The translations under genes were made by a program, and so were the position numbers. 64,000 nucleotides of DNA. It comes from a virus. The notes under the pieces were generated by a model, which saw nothing but the letters and a program-made list of their open reading frames with translations, did no database searches and was not told the origin of the DNA. Each line of letters begins with the position of its first letter. Positions within the stretch are counted from its first letter, which is position 1. The stretch spans positions 1 through 64,000 of IMG/VR virus record IMGVR_UViG_3300043449_001175, one strand, 5' to 3'. Below are positions 10,022 through 20,894 of the stretch, piece by piece.

Positions 10022-11509
10022 TCAATTAATTCTAATATTTGGATTTAGAATTTTATTTACTGCATTTTGTAGTTCAAACAAAATTTGTGAGGTTTGAGTT
10101 CCGTCTGTTGCAACTGGTACAGGTGGTGTTCCTGGTACGGGGTGAACGTGAGCGACTAAGAATCTAACAATTAAATTTAACAAATCTATTAACTCTTCAC
10201 CTCTAACCATAGATGATGTAAAAGGTAATATTTTATCTACAATATCTTGTTGTGTAATACCATATAAAGTACCTTCTAAATCAACAGGTTTATTTGACTT
10301 ATGTGATAAAAGATATAGTGTATCAGCACCTGCGGCATAGAATGTTCCATAATTTTCTACAACTTCTTTTGGAACAACATCTTCCAAATTAACTTTAACC
10401 GGTTTTCCGACTTCACCCTTTGAACGTACAATTGCGTATTTTGTGGCTTGGACACCTAAACCAGAATTTAACGTTATTGCATTTGCAATTTTTGATGCAT
10501 TTGTAAAAACAACGGGGTCTAATGTTGTTGAGATACTTTTTAATATTTTCCTTGCGGTGACATTTGGTCTGTAAATAAAAGGAAATTGATTCTCAACAAT
10601 TGGTCCATTAGGTATTTGACCATTATTAACACCAATAATAAAATCATTGATTAAATTAACGGTTCTTTCAAATGAATAACCAATAAAATTTTGGTAATAT
10701 TCTAAAGATTTAACGTCTTCTAAATCAGTGTCATAATCAATATTATCTGATAAAGTTTTAACAACAGGTTTTAATGAATATAATCTTATTGAACCTGTAA
10801 ACGCATTTTGTTGGTTTTCTAAATTTTGAACTTCCCACTCAACCATTTTTTTAATTTGTTGGTTTGCGGTTCCAATTTTAATTAACGTTTGTGGTTTTTT
10901 AGACACAATTGTTGAGTCAAAATTTGATACCTGTACAAAGGCTCTATTTGTATTACCTATTGGTAATTTATTTGTGTCAAATCTTTTTGTTTTACCTGCC
11001 CTAAGAATAACACTATTTCTTCTTACAATAACATCTGCTGCTCCTCTACCTAATAATGCGTTATCACCAGGTTCAGGAAACACACCATAAGATTTTTCAT
11101 TTTTATATGAACCATCTTTATTTTTTACAGATAAAGTACTTAAAACTCTATCACCTAATGACGTATATTTGTTGGCTGCTTGAATATTTTCAAACGGTAA
11201 ACTCATTGGTGTTGAAAACGCCCCTTGAACATAGTATTGGTCTTGAAATGGGTAAAAACTATTTTGATAAATAAGATTAACTCTTTCCCCAACCTCAGGA
11301 ACTTGGCTTAAAAACATTGGTAACAATGGAAGTTGTACAAATGGGTCTTTTGGTCCCCAAGTGTCTGTCACCGGATTGAAACTATAACCTTCCAATACGG
11401 CTCTTGTATTTTGGTCTAATGGGTATGCTCTAATACGACCCAACATTTGTGGGTCTTGGTTATTAATAACCTCGGCAGGAAACATTATTTTCTTTAACGA
11501 CTTATCCAT
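10022..11509 (-). CDS. baseplate central spike/hub protein (gp5/VgrG-like)
   Basis: N-terminal OB-fold signature VINNQDPQMLGRIRA...LPLLP..PEVGERV; C-terminal HVHP spike-tip motif. Confidence 0.7.
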   Translation of the reverse strand: MDKSLKKIMFPAEVINNQDPQMLGRIRAYPLDQNTRAVLEGYSFNPVTDTWGPKDPFVQLPLLPMFLSQVPEVGERVNLIYQNSFYPFQDQYYVQGAFSTPMSLPFENIQAANKYTSLGDRVLSTLSVKNKDGSYKNEKSYGVFPEPGDNALLGRGAADVIVRRNSVILRAGKTKRFDTNKLPIGNTNRAFVQVSNFDSTIVSKKPQTLIKIGTANQQIKKMVEWEVQNLENQQNAFTGSIRLYSLKPVVKTLSDNIDYDTDLEDVKSLEYYQNFIGYSFERTVNLINDFIIGVNNGQIPNGPIVENQFPFIYRPNVTARKILKSISTTLDPVVFTNASKIANAITLNSGLGVQATKYAIVRSKGEVGKPVKVNLEDVVPKEVVENYGTFYAAGADTLYLLSHKSNKPVDLEGTLYGITQQDIVDKILPFTSSMVRGEELIDLLNLIVRFLVAHVHPVPGTPPVPVATDGTQTSQILFELQNAVNKILNPNIRIN

Positions 11510-11720
11510 TGTTTCGTGTATTATATTCTTTTAATACGGTATCGTAAAGAGTTTCAATGTTGTCTAAATGTAATGATAATTCAACAATAAGATTTTTTGT
11601 TTCTTCAAAATCTTCATTAAGAAAATCCATAACCTTTGTTAAATCACCATTACCCCTGTTTTTAATATCTGAGATTATTTCATTAACTTCGTCAAACGAT
11701 ATTTTATTTGATGTAATCAT
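11502..11720 (-). CDS. hypothetical protein
   Basis: 72-aa ORF overlapping neighbours in the operon. Confidence 0.7.
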   Translation of the reverse strand: MITSNKISFDEVNEIISDIKNRGNGDLTKVMDFLNEDFEETKNLIVELSLHLDNIETLYDTVLKEYNTRNNG

Positions 11721-13684
11721 AATGGGAGTGCGGTCATTGGTGTTGGTATGGTTAATCCAATTGGTGTTATAACTTGTTGTGGTACTAAAGAAACTGTTTT
11801 ACCATTTTTAGTTCGTTCATTTTCAGTACCTTTAATTTGAGAAACAATTGATTGTAAAAATAGATTTGGACTTCCATCAGGCATTGGTCCTGTTGGGATA
11901 CCGGCTTTTTGTAATTCTTTAATAACTTCTAACGATGCTCTTGTATCATTAAATCCTGTTCTAAATACCGATAATGGTAATAAAAATGGTGGTATTTCAA
12001 TTCTTGTACCTCGTAAAGCAAATTCAATGATATTAATAATATCACCAATTACATCTTTACATTTTCTATAATCAGTGACTAATCTTGTTACCAATATTGC
12101 TCCTTCCACTAATTGAAAGATAACGGAATATTGTTTGTTTACTTGGGAGTTTTTTAAATCATTAACAATTGTTCGTAAAAGTTTTCTAATATCTCTTATT
12201 AATAAATCACGTAAAATTTTAACAAATCGTGCCCCAATTTCGGACATAACATTTATGTTTAATTTACTAAATGTTTTTAAGAAAGTTTGTAAATCATAAA
12301 CTTCATTTACAACCGAACCAACTCTACCTAAAGCAACTCCTTCAATAGCTTTAAACATTACCATAAATGGTAGTAAAACTTTTGGTGAAAGAACGGCAGC
12401 ATATAATGCTCTTGGTATTGCTTTAATAATACTTTCATCAACGGCAAATTGAATTTCAGGACCTTGTGGCCATTGTGGATTTTTGGTTACAGACTCAATT
12501 GATTTATTAAATATTGCCGTATTTGCCGCAGAGTTTTCATCATCAATTTCTAATATACCACTGAAGGTATTAAATAAAGCTTCAGTATCTATTGGTAATT
12601 TTACCGTAGTACAATCAGGGTATTCAACAACACCTCGTTGTATGTTAGATAAATCACTTTCAATAATTCTTAAATCAACATCTGTTAATTCAAAAAATGA
12701 TTCATCAACACCGTCTAAAGGTGCGACCTTGGCAATACCACTGACATCTATTTCTGACCTATCGTCAAAACATAAACCTAAAATTCTTGTCAACATTCTT
12801 TGAAAGAATAATTCATTTTCAGTTTCCGCCGAACCAGTTTTTAATTGTATTGACATTGCTCCAAATAAGACTTGGAATACTCGAAGATATATATTTTTAT
12901 CGTCAACAATTTTAATCGTGTCAAAATAATCGTTAATAAATTCACTAACCAAATTTTTATTATCAGCCCTATTAGGTAATTTAACTTGTAAAAAACTTCC
13001 TTGATTACCGTTATCATCAGTTGTTACATAGGTAACATCAAATAGACTTTGTTGTGATAAACCAATATAATCTTGACCATTCATAGCGTCATAAGAAACA
13101 CCTTCGTTTTGTATTACTCTGTACAATTCACGATTCATTGAAAATGGGGTTTTTTGTATTTGAACAGGTTTTGTTTCATACATTAATGTACCCATTGGCG
13201 TTGTTGGTGGTTCTTTTAATAATCCAAATAAATCAACACTTTCTACTGGTATAAAAATACCACCGGCAGAAAAAGTTGAAACATCATAAGTTTGTTCTTG
13301 AGAACAACCCAATTGTTTTAACATTCCTTTTTTTAAAATGTCAGGTAGTTCAGACTTAACTTGATTTAACGCTTGTGTAAAATTATTTTTTACCAAAGAA
13401 ACAACTGAATTGGCACTTTTACCCGAAAGTCTATTGTCGGGTAATAATTGATTAAGATTTAATAACTTATCTAATTGTGTTTCAGTTTGTCTTTGATATC
13501 TTTTTTTGTTTTCTTGTAGTTGTGTTAAAGGACTTGCAGTTTGTTCTGCGGCCTTTTCTTGTGATGACTGTTGTTGAGATACAATTTGTTTGCTATCCGC
13601 AGATATTTGGTTATACGATTGTACAGCCTTTAATGAGTTTTCAGCATTATCATAAGCGGCATTTAAATCAACAATTGTTGCCAT
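11717..13684 (-). CDS. hypothetical protein, possibly baseplate-associated
   Basis: 655-aa ORF co-oriented with the spike gene. Confidence 0.7.
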   Translation of the reverse strand: MATIVDLNAAYDNAENSLKAVQSYNQISADSKQIVSQQQSSQEKAAEQTASPLTQLQENKKRYQRQTETQLDKLLNLNQLLPDNRLSGKSANSVVSLVKNNFTQALNQVKSELPDILKKGMLKQLGCSQEQTYDVSTFSAGGIFIPVESVDLFGLLKEPPTTPMGTLMYETKPVQIQKTPFSMNRELYRVIQNEGVSYDAMNGQDYIGLSQQSLFDVTYVTTDDNGNQGSFLQVKLPNRADNKNLVSEFINDYFDTIKIVDDKNIYLRVFQVLFGAMSIQLKTGSAETENELFFQRMLTRILGLCFDDRSEIDVSGIAKVAPLDGVDESFFELTDVDLRIIESDLSNIQRGVVEYPDCTTVKLPIDTEALFNTFSGILEIDDENSAANTAIFNKSIESVTKNPQWPQGPEIQFAVDESIIKAIPRALYAAVLSPKVLLPFMVMFKAIEGVALGRVGSVVNEVYDLQTFLKTFSKLNINVMSEIGARFVKILRDLLIRDIRKLLRTIVNDLKNSQVNKQYSVIFQLVEGAILVTRLVTDYRKCKDVIGDIINIIEFALRGTRIEIPPFLLPLSVFRTGFNDTRASLEVIKELQKAGIPTGPMPDGSPNLFLQSIVSQIKGTENERTKNGKTVSLVPQQVITPIGLTIPTPMTALPL

Positions 13685-13686
13685 AA

Positions 13687-14058
13687 TTATTTAAACTTAT
13701 ATGAATTGTCATTTGACATTCCATCAATATCTTTTTGAATTAAAGATTGTAACATATCATCATCAATATCACCTAATGATAGGTCATCTTCAGTCTTATT
13801 AGATTTTTCCCAAATGGTTGATTGTAGTTTAGCCAATGTTAATTTTTTTTCTACAACATCATTAATAATCTTTTGTTGTTTTTCCAAAACAGGACCAATT
13901 ACAGTCATATCTTCGGGGTCTTTTAACATGGCTAACATTTTATTTTGAACTCTAATAGCCGTAGACCTCTGTTCTACAAGCTCATTGTAGATTTCTTGCA
14001 ATAACGCAAGAACAGAATCTTTAGATAAATTTATTTCCTTTTTTTTTGGTCTTGACAT
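13687..14058 (-). CDS. hypothetical coiled-coil protein (start probably MSRPKKK at 14058)
   Basis: TATTTAT motif 4 nt upstream of the ATG at 14058; avoids overlap with upstream gene. Confidence 0.65.
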   Translation of the reverse strand: MSRPKKKEINLSKDSVLALLQEIYNELVEQRSTAIRVQNKMLAMLKDPEDMTVIGPVLEKQQKIINDVVEKKLTLAKLQSTIWEKSNKTEDDLSLGDIDDDMLQSLIQKDIDGMSNDNSYKFK

Positions 14059-14086
14059 AATGATAAATATTATTTTTAGTGTTTTT

Positions 14087-14827
14087 TTATTCAATTATGT
14101 TATTTAACACAACATAATATAACTTTTTAAATCGTTTCATTGCGGTTCTAATTTCTTTTGTTGAAAGATTTGTCATTTCACGAATTGAAAGTAAAATAAT
14201 ATTTTTGTTAAATTTATTGTTATCAGTACCTAAAAAAATTGTTTTATAATTTTCAAATAATTCTAACAAAGCAATTCCTAATTTTTTTTCATTGTCAGTT
14301 AAAGGTTCATTTTCAACATAATTTCTTAATTCATTTAAAAACCCTTGTATAACATCATCGGCTTCTGTTTTTTCAAGTTCCATATAATATACCATATCAG
14401 GTCTTTGTTCTAAACTTGAAGAAATGTCTTCATATGAAATTTTTCTATTTGTATCTTTTTGGTCTTTAATGATTTGACCCATTAAATAATTTTTACAAAT
14501 AGTACCAAAATAAGAATAAGCCTTTTTTTCTTTTGATGGTTTAAACTTATCAACTTTTGTCATCAAAAATGAATGAGTGTCGGTATGAATATCTGTAAAG
14601 TCCATATCTTTACGATATAATTTATACCTTCGGATAATTGATGATATCATTTTATCTAAAGGACCCCTTAGAAACTCATTATAAATTGCGTTTTTTTCTT
14701 CAAAAGTTTCTGCGGTAAGATATCTCCTTACCGCAGCCTCTTCTGCCACGTCAAAATAGTTAACGTTAGTTGTTTTTCTACCTCGTTTTTTGACTGTGGT
14801 ATCCGTCAATGTTTCGGAAGAAAACAT
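14087..14827 (-). CDS. phage RNA polymerase sigma factor (gp55-like, probably late)
   Basis: NYF start and KFKPSKEKKAYSYFGTICKNYL resemble sigma region 2 of gp55-type factors. Confidence 0.7.
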   Translation of the reverse strand: MFSSETLTDTTVKKRGRKTTNVNYFDVAEEAAVRRYLTAETFEEKNAIYNEFLRGPLDKMISSIIRRYKLYRKDMDFTDIHTDTHSFLMTKVDKFKPSKEKKAYSYFGTICKNYLMGQIIKDQKDTNRKISYEDISSSLEQRPDMVYYMELEKTEADDVIQGFLNELRNYVENEPLTDNEKKLGIALLELFENYKTIFLGTDNNKFNKNIILLSIREMTNLSTKEIRTAMKRFKKLYYVVLNNIIE

Positions 14828-15633
14828 TAAGCATTTTGAACTTCGTATTTTATATTTCTATCGTCTTTAAAGAAATACTCTTTTTTCGCATTTGAAATCC
14901 AAAATTTAACTTCGTTTTCTGTCATAATTTCATCACCATTTTTGTAGTTCCAAAAAATAGAACCATCTCTCATACTGGTATGTTTGTATCCAAGTTTTGG
15001 TATTGTCATGATTTTTACTGAGTTGTAAGTCATTCTTAATAAGAACTCATAAACAAACGTCAATTTAATTGATGGTTTAAATCCACCAAAATCAACAAAC
15101 TTTTCTTTTTTTATTACCATACCTGCGGTTTGAAAATTTTGGTAATCCAACAAAGTTTCATTGTTTAAATAACCCATTTCTTGTGTAAAGTTTGCCGCAA
15201 ATGTTGCTTCGTTTGTAAATCCTGCAAATGTACCTTTGTTATCAACATCAACAACAATTGGTAAAAACGCATCAACATCAGGGTAAATTTCAGAATATTT
15301 TAAAACATTATCAAACCAAATATTTGAATACTCATCATCAAATTCAAAAAACGATATCCACTGACTTTCAGATTGCTCAACACCAAATGAAATTTGTTTT
15401 TGAAAAGACGGTTCACCGACATACTCAATAAGTTTTACATTTAGACTTTCAAAGTCATAATTTTTTAATTTAGTAACTAATTGTTCTTCTTGAGTATGAA
15501 CAATAATTAATTCATTAAATGTGGTTTTTTGAATTTTTAATGATTTAATGGCACTTTCAAAGTATTCATCAAAATCTTTTGCCAATGCTGATTTGATAGG
15601 TAGTATTATTGATAAATTAAGTTTCTTTTCCAT
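14827..15633 (-). CDS. glycosyltransferase, GT2/GT-A fold
   Basis: LSIILP start, FEFDDEY DxD-like motif, FGGFK. Confidence 0.8.
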   Translation of the reverse strand: MEKKLNLSIILPIKSALAKDFDEYFESAIKSLKIQKTTFNELIIVHTQEEQLVTKLKNYDFESLNVKLIEYVGEPSFQKQISFGVEQSESQWISFFEFDDEYSNIWFDNVLKYSEIYPDVDAFLPIVVDVDNKGTFAGFTNEATFAANFTQEMGYLNNETLLDYQNFQTAGMVIKKEKFVDFGGFKPSIKLTFVYEFLLRMTYNSVKIMTIPKLGYKHTSMRDGSIFWNYKNGDEIMTENEVKFWISNAKKEYFFKDDRNIKYEVQNA

Positions 15634-15635
15634 AA

Positions 15636-16688
15636 TTATACAGTTTCTTGTGTTACTTGGGCTTCAAAGGCCTCTTTACGTTTATTAATGAAGGATTCAA
15701 ATGTGTCAATAACTGACGTTTTAAAATTTTCTTGGTTTGTGAATTTTTCTGCGGTATTAAATCCTTCGGTGTACAAATCTTCTAAGACGTTATCCTCTAA
15801 CCATGTTTGAACAACATCGGCAATAACATCAACCATTTGATTTTGATTTTCAATCCAAATACCATTTTTTTCTGACATCCAACTTGGTTTTAGATTTGGT
15901 ACTTTACCAACAACTGGTACACCACTTTTCATACATTCTAAAGGAAATGTTCCAAATCCTGATGTTGGGTCAATCCAAACACCTAATAAACAATCTTGTA
16001 ATCCTTTAGCAAAATCATCTTGAGATAAACCTCTTAAATCTTTAAACGTAAAGAATCTATATTGTGGGTATTTCAAATAAAATTGTTTGATAATGTTAAG
16101 TCCTTCTCTTTGTTCACGAGCTGAAACACCAATTAATGTTTTGGCAGGAAATTTAGAAGGTTCAAAATTTGTGTGTAATGTTGGTTCTATAATATCAACA
16201 GATACATGTCTCATTAATGAGGTAATATAATCTTTTTGTTCTTCAGATGTTGTAATACACTTAAAGAAACCATATTGTTCCCAAGTACCACCAGGTGCCA
16301 ACGTTTCCAAAATATGGTCATACGCTTGACACAAAACAATCTTACCACAAGGTAGATTTTTAACTTGTTCCATAATAAAACCAAAAATTTCTGGAATAAC
16401 TAAAACATCTTCAGGTGCAATTGCTAAATTCTGACCCTCCAAAGTTTGATGTTGTAATTCATCATAAGAACCTTTTAACCAAGATGTAACTGGTGTGTAT
16501 TCTTTTTTTTCATACAACATAATAACATTATGTCCATTTTCTTTTAAAGTTAACGCCATTTCGTAAATGTATCGTATTGAGGCTTTGGCGTTTCCTTTTG
16601 TGTCCTGAACAAAAAAATAAATTCTGTTTAATTTCTCGTCAATGTTTTTAATTGACACTTTGATTTTTTCAATCATTTCGTTTTCCAT
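15636..16688 (-). CDS. glycosyltransferase, GT-B (GT4-like)
   Basis: VIPEI, SGFGTFPLECMKSGVPVVG signature. Confidence 0.75.
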   Translation of the reverse strand: MENEMIEKIKVSIKNIDEKLNRIYFFVQDTKGNAKASIRYIYEMALTLKENGHNVIMLYEKKEYTPVTSWLKGSYDELQHQTLEGQNLAIAPEDVLVIPEIFGFIMEQVKNLPCGKIVLCQAYDHILETLAPGGTWEQYGFFKCITTSEEQKDYITSLMRHVSVDIIEPTLHTNFEPSKFPAKTLIGVSAREQREGLNIIKQFYLKYPQYRFFTFKDLRGLSQDDFAKGLQDCLLGVWIDPTSGFGTFPLECMKSGVPVVGKVPNLKPSWMSEKNGIWIENQNQMVDVIADVVQTWLEDNVLEDLYTEGFNTAEKFTNQENFKTSVIDTFESFINKRKEAFEAQVTQETV

Positions 16689-16699
16689 ATACTTATTAC

Positions 16700-16975
16700 T
16701 TAAAATTTTTCAATTAATTTATTTACCAACATTGTGTTCCACGCAATTTTAAAAGGTATTGTAAGTTGTGATGAAACTTTATTAGCCAGTTTTTCATCAA
16801 TGTCTTCATTTTCACTTAAAATTACTTCTGTTAATGTTTTAATCATTTCATATTTAACAATAGAAATGTGTTGTTCAGGTTCTGTAGACGCTGATACTGG
16901 TGTAGATTGAATATTAACATATTTGTCAATATTATCTAAATTTATGTAGTAGTTTTCACCAAAAAGTGTTATCAT
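16700..16975 (-). CDS. hypothetical protein
   Basis: 91-aa ORF within the operon. Confidence 0.7.
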   Translation of the reverse strand: MITLFGENYYINLDNIDKYVNIQSTPVSASTEPEQHISIVKYEMIKTLTEVILSENEDIDEKLANKVSSQLTIPFKIAWNTMLVNKLIEKF

Positions 16976-17565
16976 ATTTCTATTAAGGTTTCAATTTTTT
17001 TATCCAAATCTTTTAATGTGGTAATAGTGTGTTCACACTCCGTTGTTAAATTATAGGATGTTTCGTATTTTATTAAAGTTTTGTTTTCAGTTTGTATTAA
17101 TAAATCAGGATTTGATGTTAATAGAATATCAAATTCGTCCCATATTTCATTTTTTGTTAGCTGATTATAAAATAATACTTTTTCAATCTCACAACCAAAT
17201 TTTGATATAAAAAATAAAGTTGCTGGTTTTGTTTTTCCAATTTGTTTTGAAATTAATAAAAACTTTACATTATCTTTGTATTTTACAATTAAATCATTTA
17301 AATCATAAAAGGTAGACATTTCACTTGATGGTGAATGACCAAATATTTCCATTGCAAATTCTTCATACATAAAAGACAAATACTCTTCATCTGTTTTAAA
17401 TTTAAAATGGTTTGAATATTCGGGCGTATTATAGGGTGTGACAATTTCATATTTAAAATCATCATCAACTAGTTCTAATTCATCAATAAAATATTTTTGA
17501 TAAATCTGTTCTATCTTGGTAAAAGTGTCTCTTAATACACCATCAATGTCTATTGCAATTCTCAT
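16972..17565 (-). CDS. HAD-family 5'(3')-nucleotidase-like protein
   Basis: MRIAIDIDGVLRD motif I. Confidence 0.7.
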   Translation of the reverse strand: MRIAIDIDGVLRDTFTKIEQIYQKYFIDELELVDDDFKYEIVTPYNTPEYSNHFKFKTDEEYLSFMYEEFAMEIFGHSPSSEMSTFYDLNDLIVKYKDNVKFLLISKQIGKTKPATLFFISKFGCEIEKVLFYNQLTKNEIWDEFDILLTSNPDLLIQTENKTLIKYETSYNLTTECEHTITTLKDLDKKIETLIEI

Positions 17566-18314
17566 TCTTCGTATTTACTTAAAATTTGTGAAATCAATGG
17601 GTTTCTAACGATATCTTTATCATTAAATTCAAAAACACCAATATCGTTTACACTTTTAAATTTTTCAATTGCGTCCCATAAACCTGATTGTGTTTTATCT
17701 TTATATCTGTCAGTTTGTTCTAAATCACCTGAAATAAAAAACTTACTTTTAAAACCAATTCTTGTTAATAAAAGTTTCATTTGTTTTGGGGTACTATTTT
17801 GAGATTCTTCAAAAATTAAAATTGAATTGTCAATGTTCATACCTCTCATATATGCCAAAGCAAATACTTCGATTGCTTCAATATTTTTTAAATGTTCTCT
17901 TTTATCTTTACCTATAATTTTATTTAATAGATAGTAAGATGGAAAAATATACGGGTCTAATTTTTCCTCAACATTACCTGGTAAAGCTCCAAGTTTTTCT
18001 TCAGCTTCAACCGCAGGTCTAACAATAATAATTTTTTCATACGGAGTTGTTGGGTCTGCAAGTAAATCCACAGCCGCTTTCATCGCAATGTAACTCTTAC
18101 CAACACCAGCCGGACCTGAACATATGACTATTTGATTTTTTTGTAATAAATCATAATATAATCTTTGATTTTCGGTTAAAAATTTTTCTTTTGTTGGTCT
18201 TGAAATTATAGATGTGATAATTTCTTTTTTAGATTTAGACGTAAATTTTGTATCTCCACTAAAAATAGTTGGTTTTGTAGAAACAGTTGGTTTCTTTCTT
18301 GGTTTTTTTTCCAT
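17562..18314 (-). CDS. phoH: PhoH-like ATPase
   Basis: GPAGVGKS, RPAVEA, LGALPG, AYMRG, EESQN, GDLEQTD, IVRNPLI. Confidence 0.95.
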   Translation of the reverse strand: MEKKPRKKPTVSTKPTIFSGDTKFTSKSKKEIITSIISRPTKEKFLTENQRLYYDLLQKNQIVICSGPAGVGKSYIAMKAAVDLLADPTTPYEKIIIVRPAVEAEEKLGALPGNVEEKLDPYIFPSYYLLNKIIGKDKREHLKNIEAIEVFALAYMRGMNIDNSILIFEESQNSTPKQMKLLLTRIGFKSKFFISGDLEQTDRYKDKTQSGLWDAIEKFKSVNDIGVFEFNDKDIVRNPLISQILSKYEE

Positions 18315-18351
18315 TAATTATAATTTATGAAAATTAATGATAAAAGAAACA

Positions 18352-19422
18352 TTAAAAATTAACGTATACTCCTTTAGGCGATGTACCTTGTTTAAAGAAT
18401 TTTACTTTTTCACCAAAATCAAAAATTAATTCTTTAACTACTTTCATGTTTTTTATAAATTCATCACTTTCAATAATGTAGACAGTGTAACCTTCTTTTA
18501 AAAAGTCTGACACCAATTCAGATTTTGGTGATTCTGTAATATCAATAGACATGTCTTTATATCCAATACCTGTAAACACAAAAGGTATTGTTTTGTCAGG
18601 ATTTAAATTTATAAAATGTTTTTTAATAAATTGATGATGATTTAAATTAAAATCTTCATTAACAAATGGTAACACAAAATCTAATTTGTTATCATTGGAC
18701 ACTTGACCTAATACTCTATTTTCTGTTGGGACCCAAGGACCACCAACACCAAATCCAAAATTAAAATTATTATTGGATATTGATTTATTATATCCTAAAC
18801 CTTTAAGTAATAATTTTGTTTCATCTGAAGTTCCACAATTTAACATTAATTCACCTATAAAATTGGCAAAATTAATTTTATTATGGATAAAAGAACTATG
18901 GGCTAATTTGTAAATTTCGGCAGACTTACTTGTCATTGAAATGACATTCAAATTTTTATTTTGTTTTGGTTGGAATATGTCTGTAATTGTATTAATTACT
19001 TGTAAATCAAGACTACCTATTACCATTGTTTCTAAGTTGATTAGAGATGATAATATGTTGTCAGACTCAACAATTAGAGGGAGGTAACAAACACTCAAAT
19101 TCATTGGGTTTAATATCTCCATAATTTTTTTAGTGTCACCAGGATTTAATGTGGAACATATGACAAATGTTTTATTATATAATGGAATTTCATCTTCAAA
19201 TGAAATTCCAAAATCTTCAACCACATTCATAACATTTTTTATGTCTAAAAAATTTGATGGTAAAATATTTGTATCAACACAACAAAAAATAACATCTGAG
19301 TTTTTTATGACTTCAACGTTATCACCATCAACATCAGAAACATAAATTTCATGTTGTTGTTCGGATAAAAAATTTAATAAATTTAGACCTAAATTACCAA
19401 CTCCAATTATACCAATATTCAT
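18352..19422 (-). CDS. UDP-glucose/GDP-mannose dehydrogenase family protein, degenerate active site
   Basis: GIIGVGNLG, STLNPG, SAEIYKLA, GFGVGGPW (Cys->Trp), YK...ITESP. Confidence 0.75.
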   Translation of the reverse strand: MNIGIIGVGNLGLNLLNFLSEQQHEIYVSDVDGDNVEVIKNSDVIFCCVDTNILPSNFLDIKNVMNVVEDFGISFEDEIPLYNKTFVICSTLNPGDTKKIMEILNPMNLSVCYLPLIVESDNILSSLINLETMVIGSLDLQVINTITDIFQPKQNKNLNVISMTSKSAEIYKLAHSSFIHNKINFANFIGELMLNCGTSDETKLLLKGLGYNKSISNNNFNFGFGVGGPWVPTENRVLGQVSNDNKLDFVLPFVNEDFNLNHHQFIKKHFINLNPDKTIPFVFTGIGYKDMSIDITESPKSELVSDFLKEGYTVYIIESDEFIKNMKVVKELIFDFGEKVKFFKQGTSPKGVYVNF

Positions 19423-20201
19423 ATTTTAATCCATTTATCACAATATAAGTCATTAGTATTTAAATGTGAATTAGAAATACCAAACCATTTAGATGGAATA
19501 ATTACTTGTTTATTTTCATTATTATTTAACCAAGCTCCCCACCAACTAAATGTTGAATTGGCAATTATATTGTTTTTACACATAGACATTAAATACAAAT
19601 CCTCATAATCTTGATTACCTGATATAAATGTTTTGTTATTTAAAAAACTAAAATTTTCTTCACACCATTTAATATCGTCAGAAAATATAACATAGTGTTT
19701 ATCTTCACCAATAAGTTTAATTGCGTCTGTATAATATTCAATTGGTTGAGTTGGGTGATATGTTGGTAACCCTAAATAATCACCTCTTCTAACATGAATT
19801 GAACAAGTATCGTCATTTATAATATTTTTATATTTTTCTAATAAACGAGTATTTGTTTCATTATCAATTTCAAAAAGTTCTAACAATTTATTTCTGTAGT
19901 TTATAAAATATTTTTCACTTTGAAAATGACCGATTAATTTAATGTTACCCTCAATTTTTGGTATAGGTGTGTAGTGAAACCCACCTTCACCAATATGTTT
20001 TAAATTTACTAAATTATCTAAAAATTTTACATTTCTAAAAATATTATCAATGTAAATTGTGTATGGTTTGTGGGGTGATTGTGTGTCTGTTATATCACAT
20101 ATCATTTCTTTTTTATCTCTTAATGACACACTATACGTTGCAGCAATTTGAAACAACATATTTCCCAACCCTCCCATTAATTTAGATGATACTATTTCCA
20201 T
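19419..20201 (-). CDS. alpha-1,2-fucosyltransferase-like (GT11)
   Basis: GGLGNMLFQ, FQSEKYF, HVRRGDY, FSDD, ANSTFSWWGAWL. Confidence 0.92.
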   Translation of the reverse strand: MEIVSSKLMGGLGNMLFQIAATYSVSLRDKKEMICDITDTQSPHKPYTIYIDNIFRNVKFLDNLVNLKHIGEGGFHYTPIPKIEGNIKLIGHFQSEKYFINYRNKLLELFEIDNETNTRLLEKYKNIINDDTCSIHVRRGDYLGLPTYHPTQPIEYYTDAIKLIGEDKHYVIFSDDIKWCEENFSFLNNKTFISGNQDYEDLYLMSMCKNNIIANSTFSWWGAWLNNNENKQVIIPSKWFGISNSHLNTNDLYCDKWIKI

Positions 20202-20893
20202 GAATCTAAATAATTTTTGTTATTAACATGATTTATTTCTTTCCAAATGTCTTTATTGTATAATGAACTAATTTGATGTTGGTGTACCCTGTTAGTCACT
20301 AAACAATTAGAAAGTATTGTAGGTAAACCATATCTAACATACAGTTGATGGTACATGTCACAATCCATTAACATTGTTAAGTTTTCGTCAAAAAGACAAG
20401 GATTATAATTTCTAAATGATAATACAGACGGGGAACTAATTGTATTTACACCTTCTTTAATTCTGTCGTTCCAACGTGGTGTCATTTGGTTTGAGTGAGT
20501 TAAACCATCATCATGGGTATGATTACATCCACACACCAACCACATACACTCATTGTTTTCAAATTCCTTTGAAATTAATTCTAGTGCCCTTTTGTCATAC
20601 AAATAATCGTCTTGAAATATAATTTTGATAATATCTCCATCAGCATTTATAATTGAGTTGTTAGTGTTCGCGGGACCATTACCTAATAAGTTTTTATTTT
20701 TAAAATATTTTATTTCAAATTTAGTAGAATATTCGTCACATAATAATTTAATTTTGTCATCTTTACTGTGGTCGGATATTATGACATTAAAATTTTTATA
20801 TGTTTGAAATAATAAAACCTCAAAGTTATTTTTCAAAAATTCAACTCCTTTACCATATTGTTCCCATGTAGGTATACAAATTGATATTTTCAT
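20192..20893 (-). CDS. glycosyltransferase GT2
   Basis: ISICIPT, SDHSKD, FQDD, SPSV; ends in TAG. Confidence 0.88.
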   Translation of the reverse strand: MKISICIPTWEQYGKGVEFLKNNFEVLLFQTYKNFNVIISDHSKDDKIKLLCDEYSTKFEIKYFKNKNLLGNGPANTNNSIINADGDIIKIIFQDDYLYDKRALELISKEFENNECMWLVCGCNHTHDDGLTHSNQMTPRWNDRIKEGVNTISSPSVLSFRNYNPCLFDENLTMLMDCDMYHQLYVRYGLPTILSNCLVTNRVHQHQISSLYNKDIWKEINHVNNKNYLDSWK

Positions 20894-20894
20894 T

